64,000 nucleotides of DNA from an uncultured delta proteobacterium (GTDB taxonomy: Bacteria; Myxococcota_A; Polyangia; Polyangiales; Polyangiaceae), in contig CAWJCS010000002.1 in NCBI GenBank assembly GCA_963841435.1, positions 1,024,001 to 1,088,000 of the forward strand, in the 5' to 3' direction. The notes beneath the pieces are model-generated. The model made no database searches and was not told the DNA's origin. It was given only the letters and a program-made list of their open reading frames with translations. Made by a program: the position numbers and the translations under genes. This document shows positions 45,496 to 55,369 of the stretch, piece after piece (position 1 is the stretch's first letter; each line of letters starts with the position of its first letter).

Positions 45496-47082
45496 TCACG
45501 AGTAGTCGCGGACCTTGAGGAAGCGCAGGGCCGGAAAGTCCTTGGCCGTCGTCTCGAGATGCCAGGCATTGCGCGCCAGAAAGACGGGATCCCCGTGATG
45601 GTCGTCGGCCACCGCCGCCTCGTTGTCCGACAAGAAGCGAGCGAGCAGGGGCTGGTCGTCGGCCTCGACCCAGCGCGCCGTGTAGAGACCGGCGCTCTCG
45701 AACACGACGGGCAGGTCGTACTCGTTCTTGATGCGGTCGGCGAGCACGTCGAACTGCAGCGCGCCGACGACGCCGACGATGTAGCTGCCGCCTGACCGCG
45801 TCCGAAAGACGCGTGCGGCGCCCTCCTCTGCGAGCTGTTCGAGCGCGCGCCCGAGATGCTTGGAGCGTAGCGGATCCGTCGAGCGGACGCGCTGGAGCAG
45901 CTCCGGGGCAAAGCTCGGCACTCCGGTGAAGGCGAGCGTTTCGCCCTCGGTGAGTGTGTCGCCGATGCCGAGCTTGCCGTGGTTCGGAATGCCGAGCACG
46001 TCACCTGCAACCGCGGTCTCGGCGAGCTCGCGCTCTTGCGCGAGGAACTGCACGGGGTTGTGCACCGTGAGGCGCTCGCCCGATTTCGGGTGCAGAAGCT
46101 TCATGCCACGACGGAAATGGCCCGAACACAGCCTCAGGAACGCGACGCGATCGCGGTGGCGCGGATCCATGTTCGCCTGCACCTTGAACACGAAGCCCGT
46201 GACTGCGTGCTCGTCGGGCTTCACCTCGCGCTCGCGGGCGCGCCGCGGGCGAGGTGACGGCGCGAGCTCGACGATGCCGTCGATGAGCTGGCGCACGCCG
46301 AAGCTCGCGATTGCGCTGCCGAAGAACACGGGCGTCAGGTGGCCCGCGAGATAGGCCTCGTGATCGAAGGCGGGGCAGAGTCCGCGAGCCATCGCGACTT
46401 CTTCGCGCATCGTCGCGAGCTTGTCGGCGGGCAGCAGCGTCTCGAGCTTGGGGTCGTCGATGCCCTGGCACGGCTCGGATTCGGCTCCGAGGCGTTCGCG
46501 GTTGCGCTCGATGAGCGCCAGCCGGTCGTGCAGAAGGTCGTAGCAGCCCAGAAATCCGCGCCCCATGCCGATCGGCCAGCTGGCGGGCGTGACCTCGAGC
46601 GCGAGATCCCGCTCGATCTCCTGCATGAGATCGAATGGTTCGCGTCCCTCGCGATCGAGCTTGTTGACGAAGGTGATGATGGGCACGTTCCTGAGCCGGC
46701 AAACTTCGAACAGCTTGCGCGTCTGCTGCTCGATGCCCTTGGCGGCGTCGAGCACCATCACCGCCGAATCGACGGCGCTCAGCGTGCGGTACGTGTCCTC
46801 GCTGAAGTCCTGGTGGCCCGGCGTATCGAGCAGGTTCAAGACGCGCCCGGCGTACTCGAAGGTCATCGCCGACGCCGTGACGGAAATGCCGCGCTCGCGT
46901 TCCACCTTCATCCAGTCCGAGCGCGCGCGCCGCTGGTCGCCGCGAGCCTTGACGGCGCCGGCGAGCTGGATGGCGCCGCCGAAGAGCAGGAGCTTCTCCG
47001 TGAGCGTGGTCTTGCCCGCGTCGGGGTGAGAGATGATGGCAAAGGTGCGCCGCCGCGCGACCTCGTCGGCGAGAGAAGTCAT
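45496..47082 (-). CDS. prfC: Peptide chain release factor 3
   Basis: RRTFAIISHPDAGKTTLTEKLLL, DTPGHQDFSEDTYR and FKVQANMDP.HRDR. Confidence 0.97.
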   Translation of the reverse strand: MTSLADEVARRRTFAIISHPDAGKTTLTEKLLLFGGAIQLAGAVKARGDQRRARSDWMKVERERGISVTASAMTFEYAGRVLNLLDTPGHQDFSEDTYRTLSAVDSAVMVLDAAKGIEQQTRKLFEVCRLRNVPIITFVNKLDREGREPFDLMQEIERDLALEVTPASWPIGMGRGFLGCYDLLHDRLALIERNRERLGAESEPCQGIDDPKLETLLPADKLATMREEVAMARGLCPAFDHEAYLAGHLTPVFFGSAIASFGVRQLIDGIVELAPSPRPRRAREREVKPDEHAVTGFVFKVQANMDPRHRDRVAFLRLCSGHFRRGMKLLHPKSGERLTVHNPVQFLAQERELAETAVAGDVLGIPNHGKLGIGDTLTEGETLAFTGVPSFAPELLQRVRSTDPLRSKHLGRALEQLAEEGAARVFRTRSGGSYIVGVVGALQFDVLADRIKNEYDLPVVFESAGLYTARWVEADDQPLLARFLSDNEAAVADDHHGDPVFLARNAWHLETTAKDFPALRFLKVRDYS

Positions 47083-47104
47083 CGGATCAACGAATCCGCA
47101 GCGA

Positions 47105-47341
47105 TCAGGCCCTTTGCCCGATCATGGACGCGTGCGTGTGCATCTGGACGCTGCCGTTCACCACGCCCGTCCCCATGCCGCGGCGGCGTGGAAACTCGAC
47201 CTCGACGCGGAGGTGCCGTCCGTCCTCGTGACGTTCGCGTGTGTCGTCGTCGCCCGCGCGGAGGGCGAACCAGCTGGTCGCTCGGATCGCGATCGAAGGC
47301 TCGACGAAATTCGTGCGGTCGCTGCGTTGCGAGTCGGACAT
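47105..47341 (-). CDS. Possible small hypothetical protein (78 aa)
   Basis: ATG-initiated ORF filling the gap upstream of prfC on the same strand. No recognisable motif. Confidence 0.3.
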   Translation of the reverse strand: MSDSQRSDRTNFVEPSIAIRATSWFALRAGDDDTRERHEDGRHLRVEVEFPRRRGMGTGVVNGSVQMHTHASMIGQRA

Positions 47342-47625
47342 GGGACGAGCTCGGGCGAGGGTGCGTCGAGGTGCGGCAACCTACCACGTCGCAAAAGAGG
47401 GCGCACAATCGGCGCATGCTCGGTCTCCGCCGAGAATTCCCGCGCCTTCTCCGAGCTTTAGTCGCCGTATCCTCTGACGACGTCTTTGCACGATCGCGCG
47501 CCGTCACCCCGCTCGCCCGAAATCCTACACCGTAGGTGCCGGTGGGCGCGCAGAGGGCACGACGAGGCGGCTCGACGAATTGTGTTGGACACCGTTCGTG
47601 GTCACGGTTTATTGAAGACGAGCCC

Positions 47626-48579
47626 ATGCGCCTACTGCCCGCGTTCGTCCTCGGATACCTGACCGTCCTCGGCGGCGGTCCCTCCGAGCCGGCGCCGCCC
47701 AAGCTCGCGCAGGGGATGACGCAGCCGGCCATCGCGGAGATCGATCGGGCACTCGGCTTCGGCCTCGCGCCGCAGGCGCCGCCGTTCGACGCCGAGCTCG
47801 ACGCTCCGCGCCGCTTCGTCACGTCGAACGGCCGCGTCGTGTCGCTGCCGAATGGTTGCCGCAGCGTCTCGCGCCCCTTCGACTTGCTCATCCACTTCCA
47901 CGGCGCCCCTCCGGTGCTCGAAGCTGCCTTCGAGCGCTCCGGCATCGACGGCGCGCTCGCCATCCTCAATCTGGGTATCGGGTCGGGCCGCTACGACGCC
48001 GCGTTCCAGTGGGGGGGGTCGTTCGACGCCTTGCTCGCGCGCATCGGCGTCGTCATTCACGACATGTGTCCGACGGCCACGACGCCGCGCCGCATCGGGC
48101 TCAGCGCTTGGAGCGCGGGCTACGGCGCGGTCTTCCGCATCCTCGATCATTCGAGCGACGCCGCTCGCATCGATGCCGTGCTGCTCGCCGACGGCCTGCA
48201 CGCCAGCTTCGAAATGGACGGGCAGCGAGAAAGACGTGTGAGCGTCGATCAGCTGGCGCCCTTCATGACGCTGTCGGACGAGGCCGTCGCGGGGCACAAG
48301 CTGTTCGCGATCACGCACTCTTCGATCGAGACGCCCTACGCCAGCACCACCGAGACCGCGGATTTCCTGCTCGCCCAGCTCGGCCTCGAGCGCCAGGCGG
48401 CCACGCTGCCCGGGCCGCGCCCCGGCATGGTCATGAAGTCTCGCGCCGACTCGGGCAGCTTCCACGTGCTCGGCTTCGCCGGCGACAACGAGAGGGCGCA
48501 TGGCGATCATCTGCACGCCTTCGGCGACATGCTCCTGCCGTACCTGAAGGAGCGCTGGAGCCTACCGCCCGAACGCTGA
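47626..48579 (+). CDS. Exported alpha/beta-hydrolase-like hypothetical protein
   Basis: LLIHFHG, nucleophile-elbow-like AWSAGYG, DAVLLADGLH and a C-terminal His. Confidence 0.7.
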   Translation: MRLLPAFVLGYLTVLGGGPSEPAPPKLAQGMTQPAIAEIDRALGFGLAPQAPPFDAELDAPRRFVTSNGRVVSLPNGCRSVSRPFDLLIHFHGAPPVLEAAFERSGIDGALAILNLGIGSGRYDAAFQWGGSFDALLARIGVVIHDMCPTATTPRRIGLSAWSAGYGAVFRILDHSSDAARIDAVLLADGLHASFEMDGQRERRVSVDQLAPFMTLSDEAVAGHKLFAITHSSIETPYASTTETADFLLAQLGLERQAATLPGPRPGMVMKSRADSGSFHVLGFAGDNERAHGDHLHAFGDMLLPYLKERWSLPPER

Positions 48580-48603
48580 GGTCGCGGGTCGGCGCCGGAG
48601 GCG

Positions 48604-49746
48604 CTACCTGAGCCACCACCAGGCGACGACGAGGAGGAATAGGCCTGCGCCGGCGATCGCGAGCGCGAGGCGCGGGAGGGGCGTTGACGTGAGTGGGGCG
48701 GGGGGCTCCACGACGGACACGGGTGGTGTCGAGGTCCGGGGAGCGGCCGGGTCGGACGACAGCTTCGGCATCTCGAGCGTGCTCGCGTAAGCCGGGCCGG
48801 CGAGCGGCAGCGAAACGGGCGGCATGCGCTGCTCCGGGTCCGCGGCGCGCAAGGTGGCGGACATCTCGGGAGGCACCGGCCGCGCCGGCACCTCGAGCGT
48901 CGCTCCGCCCCAGAGGGTCTCGACGAAGCTTTGCACGAGCTCGTGCGTGCTCGCGAAGCGGGCCTCGGGATCGACAGCCAGGGCTCGCGAAAACCAGGGG
49001 TCGAGCGCTGGCTCGAGCGTGCCACCGAGCACGCGCGCTCGCTCGGAAGCGACGCGCGACGGCTTCGCGCCGTCGCCGCCGGCGCCCGCGACACCGCGCA
49101 AGACCGAGTGCCAGGGAGCGCCGACGATCGCGAAGAAGGTGAGCAGCGCGAGCGAGTAGCGATCGCTCGAAGGCGTCGGAAAGCCAGCCGCTGCTTCGGG
49201 CGCGCTGAATCCGAGCACGGCCGAGGGCCCGGCATGCGCGGCGTCGCGCAGGCGCCCCAGGCAAAAATCGGTGACTCTCGCCCACTGCGGATTATCGAAC
49301 GAAATGAAGAGATTGTGGGGGGTGAGGTTGCCGTGAACGATGCCCGCGGCGTGGGCGGCGTCGAGCCCGTGGGCCAGCGTTTCGAGCGCCTGGGCGAACA
49401 CGTGGGGCGGCAGTGGTCCCCGTTCAGAAACGTACCGAGCGAGCGTCGGGAAGACGAGGCGCTCGCTCGCGACGTAAGGGCGCCCGAGCGCAGGGTCAAT
49501 CCCCGCGTCGTACGCGCGGGCGATGCCCTCGCCTGGCAAGGCCGAGACCGCGGTCGTCAGCGCGACGTGCTCCGACCAGGCGGGCTCCTCACCGAACGAC
49601 CGGTCGAAGACCTTCAGCGCCGCGAAGCGGCTCTGGCTGGCTTCCTCGGCCTCGTACACGCAGGCGCTCGGTGTCTTGCCGAGGACCCCTCCGAGGATCC
49701 AGCGCGAGGCGACGAGCGTGCCGGGGGGGATCTCCGAAGGGGGCAC
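48604..49746 (-). CDS. Ser/Thr kinase-like protein, probable pseudokinase, with C-terminal TM
   Basis: ALK and APE retained. Catalytic loop is HGNLTPHN (Asp to Asn), DFG is DFC, and the Gly loop is degenerate. Confidence 0.8.
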   Translation of the reverse strand: MPPSEIPPGTLVASRWILGGVLGKTPSACVYEAEEASQSRFAALKVFDRSFGEEPAWSEHVALTTAVSALPGEGIARAYDAGIDPALGRPYVASERLVFPTLARYVSERGPLPPHVFAQALETLAHGLDAAHAAGIVHGNLTPHNLFISFDNPQWARVTDFCLGRLRDAAHAGPSAVLGFSAPEAAAGFPTPSSDRYSLALLTFFAIVGAPWHSVLRGVAGAGGDGAKPSRVASERARVLGGTLEPALDPWFSRALAVDPEARFASTHELVQSFVETLWGGATLEVPARPVPPEMSATLRAADPEQRMPPVSLPLAGPAYASTLEMPKLSSDPAAPRTSTPPVSVVEPPAPLTSTPLPRLALAIAGAGLFLLVVAWWWLR

Positions 49747-49974
49747 GTACGAGAGAATACCCGGGGCGGCGAGCGCATTCACACAACTTCGCGATCGAGC
49801 CTGTCGACGGGGCGAAGCTCGGGAAACCGACCCGCCCAGAGCGCCACGACGAGCCGATCGCGACACCCGGCATCTGGCTGCCGATGAGGCCGGAGAACCT
49901 CCCCGCCCGCTAGAATCGGAAGTCGGAGTAGCGCAGCGCCGCCGCGCGCCTCGAAAGCGAGCTCGGCGTGCCGG

Positions 49975-50994
49975 TCACGGGCGCGGCGGCGCGCCTTCGG
50001 AATCGCTTTTGGGCAACGCGCCGCGCGGCGCGGGCTCTTCTGCTTGCTCGCTCGCGCCGCTCGGCTCTTCCGGCTCGGCGGGCGCTGCGGCCGGGCCCTT
50101 TGCACCCGACGTCTCCGCCTCCTCCTCGGCTGCGTCGTCAACGTCGGTCGGCGTGGCCACCATCTGGCCGCGTTGTGTGCGTCGCGGCGCCTCGCCGGGG
50201 CCCGCGTAGTTGACCCAGTAGGTCGTCGCGGGCCGCACGTCGAGGTGGAGGAAGCTGGAGTTCGGGTAGTAGCCGACGCCCACGTGTTGCAGGGTGCGCA
50301 GGTAGTCGCGCACGACGGCGTTCGGTACGCCGATGACGCTGAAATCGATCGCCTGGCTCGTTTTGTGACGGGAATCGCGGAAATACGAGGTCGTGCGGTA
50401 CCCGCTCACGATCATGAGCTTGCGACCCCCGAAGGTGTCGCTCACGCTGACGAGCAGCCGGAGCAATCGGTCCGGCACCCCCGGATGATCCCCCGTCGCG
50501 CTGAGCAGCTCGGCGATGCGCTGCTTCGCACTGGTTCGCAGCCGACCCCTCGAGTCGATGACCAGGCCACGCCACTTCTTGTTGTGCGAGCTGATGTCGA
50601 GATAGCCCTTGCGCCTCGGCCGGCGCGAAAAATCACGCCAGCTCGGGCTCACTGCCCGGCCCTTGCTGGTCGCCGCGCGGTACGACGTGAGCGCGGTCGT
50701 GGCGGCGCGGGTCGGTCGCGAGCGGAGCACCACGGTGCGCGCCTGGCTTCCGTCCTTGTCGGTGCGCGCGGGGACGACGAGGCGCTGTCCGGGGTGAATG
50801 GGGTCACGCCGGCTGATGTCGTTCGCGTAGCAGAGCGCCTCGATCGTGACGTTGTAGCGCTTGGCGATCGAGCCGAGACGCTGACCGTTCGCCACGACGT
50901 GCGTCCGCAGGCCGCCCTCGGCCGACGCCAACGCCGGGGTGGCCGCCGCGAACAGGATGGCGAGCAGCGCGGGTAGGAGGACGCGGCGCAGCAT
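49975..50994 (-). CDS. LysM + DUF882/YcbK (peptidase M15, MepK-like) protein
   Basis: Signal peptide, LysM (L.SIAKRYNV...L..AN.I...IHPGQRL), SGYR, SRH...AIDF and GVGYYPNS.F.H.DVR. Confidence 0.85.
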   Translation of the reverse strand: MLRRVLLPALLAILFAAATPALASAEGGLRTHVVANGQRLGSIAKRYNVTIEALCYANDISRRDPIHPGQRLVVPARTDKDGSQARTVVLRSRPTRAATTALTSYRAATSKGRAVSPSWRDFSRRPRRKGYLDISSHNKKWRGLVIDSRGRLRTSAKQRIAELLSATGDHPGVPDRLLRLLVSVSDTFGGRKLMIVSGYRTTSYFRDSRHKTSQAIDFSVIGVPNAVVRDYLRTLQHVGVGYYPNSSFLHLDVRPATTYWVNYAGPGEAPRRTQRGQMVATPTDVDDAAEEEAETSGAKGPAAAPAEPEEPSGASEQAEEPAPRGALPKSDSEGAPPRP

Positions 50995-51110
50995 GAGACC
51001 GGCCCCTCCCGGTGCCATAGTTCCCGCCGTCAGGCCACTTTCCTTTGCCAGGCCGGCTGTCCGGTCGCCAAAAAGGCGGCCATTTGCAGGGCGCATGTTA
51101 GCTCGCTGGC

Positions 51111-52016
51111 ATGCCCGCGCGCGCGACGCTGCTCGTCGTTCTGGCCCTCTCGCTCATGGCCTCGGCCCCCGCGGCAGCGGGCGACACCGCGCCACCGCCG
51201 AGCTCGCCACCCGAGCGCCTGCGCGCCTTGCTCGAGAGCAAAGTGCGACCCGGATCGCCGGAGCCCTCGGGCAGTCCCCGCTACCTGGCTCTTCGGGACG
51301 CGGGCACGCGGGGCACGCGGCTCTTCGTCGGCTGGATCTTGCCGGATTTGCCGCGCGCCGAGCGCGATGCCGTGCCAGAGCTCGTCGGCCGGGTCGAGTC
51401 CGCGCTCAGCGATCTGAGAGCGCATACCGCCTGGATCTCGGACGCCCGGGTGTTTCTTGGCGGTGACGTTGAGACGCCGCTCCTTGGTGTGGAGATTGGC
51501 GCGAAACGCGCCGGCGCAGCCCGCGAGCTCGAGACCGCGCTCCTCGGCTCGCTCGCGGCGCTCGCGGGCGCGGAGCCCGGGTTACCCGCGGACCCCGCGG
51601 CTGCGTCTCCCACCGGCGCCACCCGCTCCCTCGCTCGCAGGCTCGCGCCACTCGCCCGCGGGGTCGTCGAGCTTTGCGGGCCGGGTGCCCCGTCGCCCGT
51701 TCGCCCCAAAAAGCCCGCTCGGCACGTGATCGAGTCGGGCGACACCCTGTCGGAGATCGCGCTCGAGAACGGCCTCGACCTCGACGAGCTTCTGCGGCTC
51801 AACGGGCTCGATCCCGATCGCCCGATCCACCCAGGTGAGGAGCTCGAGCTGACTTCTCGGGCGCCCCCGCGTCCGAAGCTCTACGTGGCAAGGTCCGGTG
51901 ACACGTTGGCGAAGGTCGCCAAGCACTTCGGTGTCACACAAAAGGCCCTGGTTGACGTGAATCGCCTGCGTGTCCGGACCTTGAGCCCGGGGCAGAAGCT
52001 CGTCCTGCCACGCTGA
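51111..52016 (+). CDS. Exported protein with two C-terminal LysM domains
   Basis: GDTLSEIA...L..LNGL...IHPGEEL and GDTLAKVAKHFGV...VN.L....L.PGQKL. Confidence 0.8.
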   Translation: MPARATLLVVLALSLMASAPAAAGDTAPPPSSPPERLRALLESKVRPGSPEPSGSPRYLALRDAGTRGTRLFVGWILPDLPRAERDAVPELVGRVESALSDLRAHTAWISDARVFLGGDVETPLLGVEIGAKRAGAARELETALLGSLAALAGAEPGLPADPAAASPTGATRSLARRLAPLARGVVELCGPGAPSPVRPKKPARHVIESGDTLSEIALENGLDLDELLRLNGLDPDRPIHPGEELELTSRAPPRPKLYVARSGDTLAKVAKHFGVTQKALVDVNRLRVRTLSPGQKLVLPR

Positions 52017-52209
52017 AAATCCGGGCCGGGTCACGGGGCCTCAGCCGGGCTTCACCGTGCGTTCTTTTTTCGGCAACTCGCCCCGGCGACGCGCCGACCA
52101 CCTTGACGCACGATGACGAATGGGCTGATTCATAGTCGCGCCGACTGCGCATCGAGCGTGTGCCCGAGCGGGCTCACGCGGTCGGCGGCCGACGGAGCCG
52201 CGTGGCCTC

Positions 52210-52890
52210 ATGCCGAACGAGTCGTACAAGCCGAAGCCTCCCACTTTGCGTACCGGCGTTGCACCCGGGGCCACCGCGCGGAACCCCGGCGACACCGTTC
52301 CGGACCTCGCGTACCGCCCCCGGGCCGGGGCGCGCCACGACACGGTCCCGGAGCAAGCCGGCGTCTACGTGCCGCCGCAGCCTCTCGCGCCGACCGCCGA
52401 TCACCGCACCATGGAAATCTCGCCGGTGCGCCTGGCTCAGGAGATCGATCCGCGCCGCGCGATGACTCAGCTGCGCCTGTCGGCACCGCCCCCGCGTCGC
52501 TCGCGCAACGCGCTTTTCCTGCCCCTGTTGGTCGCCGGCGCCCTGCTGGTCGCCTTCGTCGCGCACCGTGTCTCGATGGCGACGTCCGAAAGCGAGGCGC
52601 CCGTGGCAATCCCGGAGGTGCCGGCGCCGAGCCCCGTCGCAACGATACCGGCCACCCCGCTTTCGAAAACCGAGCCCGCAAGCCTGGCGCGCGCTCCGGT
52701 CGAGCCTGTGGCGCCGCCCGCGCCGGCCACGACGCCCGCGCCGCCGGCGACGCCCGCAGAGCGCACCTCGCTCGCTACGCCTGCCGCGCCCACGGCCCAC
52801 GCGTCCGCGGCGCGCGCGGAGGCTCCGGGCGCGAGCGCCGCCGAAAGCGGCCGGGCTCCCGGGAAAGTGCGGGAGCCGTGGCTCGAGTGA
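52210..52890 (+). CDS. Single-TM Pro/Ala-rich protein
   Basis: TM helix, long Pro/Ala tail ending EPWLE. The stop overlaps the next start (GTGA). Confidence 0.65.
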   Translation: MPNESYKPKPPTLRTGVAPGATARNPGDTVPDLAYRPRAGARHDTVPEQAGVYVPPQPLAPTADHRTMEISPVRLAQEIDPRRAMTQLRLSAPPPRRSRNALFLPLLVAGALLVAFVAHRVSMATSESEAPVAIPEVPAPSPVATIPATPLSKTEPASLARAPVEPVAPPAPATTPAPPATPAERTSLATPAAPTAHASAARAEAPGASAAESGRAPGKVREPWLE

Positions 52891-53906
52891 CGGCGGTGCT
52901 CGCGTGCGCGGTCTGCCTCTTCGCGGGGCGGGCTGCGGCCGAGGGGCTCGAGCGCGCCGACGAGCTGTTTCGCGAAGGAAATCGCGCCTTCGCCGTCGGG
53001 GACGCCCGGGCAGCCTACGAGGCCTATCGCGGGGCCTGGTCGCTCCGCAAAAGCTTCGACATCGCCTGCAATCTCGGCCGGACCGAAGCCGAGCTCTCGC
53101 TGTCCCGCGACGCCGCCGAGCACCTCGACTACTGCCTGCGCACGTATCCGGCGAGCTCCCGGGACGATCTGCGCGACGCCAATCGCCGCTTCCGCCAGCT
53201 GTTCGCCGAAGTGCGGGCGCGGGTCGCGGCGCTCCACATCGTGGTCCGCAAGCCCGGTGCCGAGATCACCGTTGACGGCGCAAGCTACGGAACGGCGCCG
53301 CTCGCAAGCGACGTGTTCGTCGATCCGGGCGAGCATCGAGTGCGCGCGCGGCTCGTAGCGTTCGAGCCCGAGGAGCGCGTCGTCAACGTCGCCGCTGGCG
53401 AGGCCATCGGCGTGAGCTTCGACCTCGACACGCCGGCACGTCCCGAGGCCCCCGTGGCTCCCGCGGTCGAAACCGCGCCATCTCCTGCCCAAACGCCGCC
53501 CCAGCGCGACCGCGAGAGCGCCGACCTTCGCACGACCGTGGCCATTTCAGGCGGCGTGCTCACGCTCGTGGGCGTCGGGCTCGGCACGGGGTTTCTGCTC
53601 GATGCCCGGGCGTCGAGCGACCGCGTCGACCGCATCGCGCGTGCCGTGCGCGATGCGGGGGGCTCCGCGTGCGGCTCGGGCTCCGAGCCCCAGGATTGCG
53701 AGAGTCTGCGGGCCGAAGTGGACCACGAGAACGACGCGCGCGCTCGCGCGGGAGTCTTCTTCACGGCGGGTGCTGCCGTGGGGCTCGCGACCGTCGCCGC
53801 GTGGCTGCTCCTGCCGAACGACGCGGCGCCGGCCGGCGCGCGGCTCTCGGTCTCGCCGACGCTGGGGCGTTCGATCGCCGGCCTGACTCTGGCGGGGAGA
53901 TACTAG
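52887..53906 (+). CDS. TPR-PEGA domain protein
   Basis: TPR-like ADELFREG..AF...A...Y..AW. PEGA-like PGAEITVDG...G.APL....VDPGEH.V. C-terminal hydrophobic hairpin. Confidence 0.8.
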   Translation: MTAVLACAVCLFAGRAAAEGLERADELFREGNRAFAVGDARAAYEAYRGAWSLRKSFDIACNLGRTEAELSLSRDAAEHLDYCLRTYPASSRDDLRDANRRFRQLFAEVRARVAALHIVVRKPGAEITVDGASYGTAPLASDVFVDPGEHRVRARLVAFEPEERVVNVAAGEAIGVSFDLDTPARPEAPVAPAVETAPSPAQTPPQRDRESADLRTTVAISGGVLTLVGVGLGTGFLLDARASSDRVDRIARAVRDAGGSACGSGSEPQDCESLRAEVDHENDARARAGVFFTAGAAVGLATVAAWLLLPNDAAPAGARLSVSPTLGRSIAGLTLAGRY

Positions 53907-53907
53907 G

Positions 53908-54927
53908 GTGAGGGTGGCGTTCGCCTCCGCCCTGGTCGCTGCGCTCACCGTAGCGGCATCCGCATCGGCGGAGCCGAGCCCCAGCGAGCTCGCGCTCGCT
54001 CGCCAGCTGTTCAGCGCGGCGAGCGCCCTCGAGACCGAAGGCAAGTGGTCCGCGGCGGCGGAGAAGCTGCGCGAGGCGCTTTCGATCAAGGAGACTCCGG
54101 GGCTCCGCTATCATCTGGCTCATTGCGAGGAGCAGGCGGGGGCGCTCGTCGCAGCGTCGCTCGAATACGCGCGGGCTTCCGAGCTGATTGCCCAGGGCGC
54201 GCAGGCGCCGGACGTCGCCCAGCTGCTCGCGCTTGCTGATCAGCGACTGGCGGCGCAGATTCCCCGGCTGAGCCTGCGCGTCCCGGCCGACGTTTCCGGG
54301 GTGAGCGTCGTCATCGACGGGCATGGCATCCCGTCGGCCGTCCTCGGCAACGCCGTCCCGGTCGATCCGGGCCGCCACCAGGTGCTCGCCCGCGCGCCGA
54401 ACCGAAGCGATTTTTCGCGCACTGTCATGCTGGAAGCGGGCGAGTCGCGAACTCTGACTTTGGACTTCGGGCCTACTCCCCCCGCGGCAACGGCGTCCGT
54501 GGCGCCGGGCCACGATGGCTCGCTCGATCGGGGCGCCGAGCGTTCGGGCGTCGATCCCCGCACGGTCGCTCTGATCGGCGAGGGTGTGCTCGCGGCTGGC
54601 GGCCTCGCCACGGGCATCGGGTTCGCGGTGGCACGCGGCAATGCGGCCGACCGCGTCGAACGCGCGCAGCAAGAGGTTGACGCCGGGTCTCCCGCCGGCA
54701 ACGCGGCGTGCAGCGACACGGCGCCCGCGCCGGCCTGCACCGAGCTCAAGCGGGCGCTCGACGACCATCAAAAGACCGGTGCGCTCATGGCCGCCGGCTT
54801 CGTGACGGCAGGTGTGGCCGTGGCCGCCGGTGCGCTCACCGTCACGCTCTGGCCCAGCAAGATCGCACACGTCGCGATCGACTGGCGGCCGGGCGGGGCC
54901 ACGCTGAGCGCCAGCGGCCATTTCTAG
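53908..54927 (+). CDS. TPR-PEGA domain protein
   Basis: ARQLF..A..LE..G.W..A, TPGLRYHLA.CEE..G and V.IDG......PVDPGRH.V. Confidence 0.8.
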   Translation: MRVAFASALVAALTVAASASAEPSPSELALARQLFSAASALETEGKWSAAAEKLREALSIKETPGLRYHLAHCEEQAGALVAASLEYARASELIAQGAQAPDVAQLLALADQRLAAQIPRLSLRVPADVSGVSVVIDGHGIPSAVLGNAVPVDPGRHQVLARAPNRSDFSRTVMLEAGESRTLTLDFGPTPPAATASVAPGHDGSLDRGAERSGVDPRTVALIGEGVLAAGGLATGIGFAVARGNAADRVERAQQEVDAGSPAGNAACSDTAPAPACTELKRALDDHQKTGALMAAGFVTAGVAVAAGALTVTLWPSKIAHVAIDWRPGGATLSASGHF

Positions 54928-54948
54928 CCGCTGCCTTGCCGGCGCGCC

Positions 54949-55332
54949 TCAACGCGGGAAGTACTGGGTCGCGCGCTTGTGGCCGCGCGTGCGCAAGCTC
55001 TTCGTCGAGATCAGCTTCTTTACGGGCAGGTTCAGCTCGCGTGTCGTCACGCCCATGCCCTTGGCAATCTGCTCGATGCGCTCGCCCTTGTGTCCCTTGA
55101 CGTACTCGAGCAAACGTCCCGTCAGCTTCGAGATCTCCTGAGGTGGGCGCTTCGCGCCCTTCGGCAACGCCCGACGCGACGCGGCAACGCTAGCTCGCCC
55201 GCGTCCGGATGGTGCTTCACCGAGCGCGGCGCGCACGCTCTCGAACGCTGATTCGCGAATCAGCACCGAGAGATCGCTTGCGAACGCTTCTACCATCCCC
55301 CGAATCTTGATGTCGATGTCGGCTTTGGCCAT
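54949..55332 (-). CDS. Small basic DNA-binding protein (N-terminal helix, linker, winged-HTH-like C-terminus)
   Basis: LLEYVKGHKGERIEQIAKGMGVTTRELNLPVKKL...LRTRGHKRATQY. Strongly basic. Confidence 0.75.
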   Translation of the reverse strand: MAKADIDIKIRGMVEAFASDLSVLIRESAFESVRAALGEAPSGRGRASVAASRRALPKGAKRPPQEISKLTGRLLEYVKGHKGERIEQIAKGMGVTTRELNLPVKKLISTKSLRTRGHKRATQYFPR

Positions 55333-55341
55333 GCGCGCCTC

Positions 55342-55369
55342 AATATGCGGTTCGACTCGAACCTGTCAA
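55342..55369 (-). promoter_or_regulatory. Sigma70-type promoter with palindromic spacer
   Basis: Minus strand TTGACA, 16 nt, CATATT. The spacer contains the perfect inverted repeat GGTTCGA-N-TCGAACC (55349-55363). Confidence 0.6.

Noticed and set aside
55345-55365. GGTTCGACTC resembling a tRNA T-arm
   Set aside because: No acceptor, D or anticodon arms surround it. It is better explained as a palindrome in a promoter spacer.
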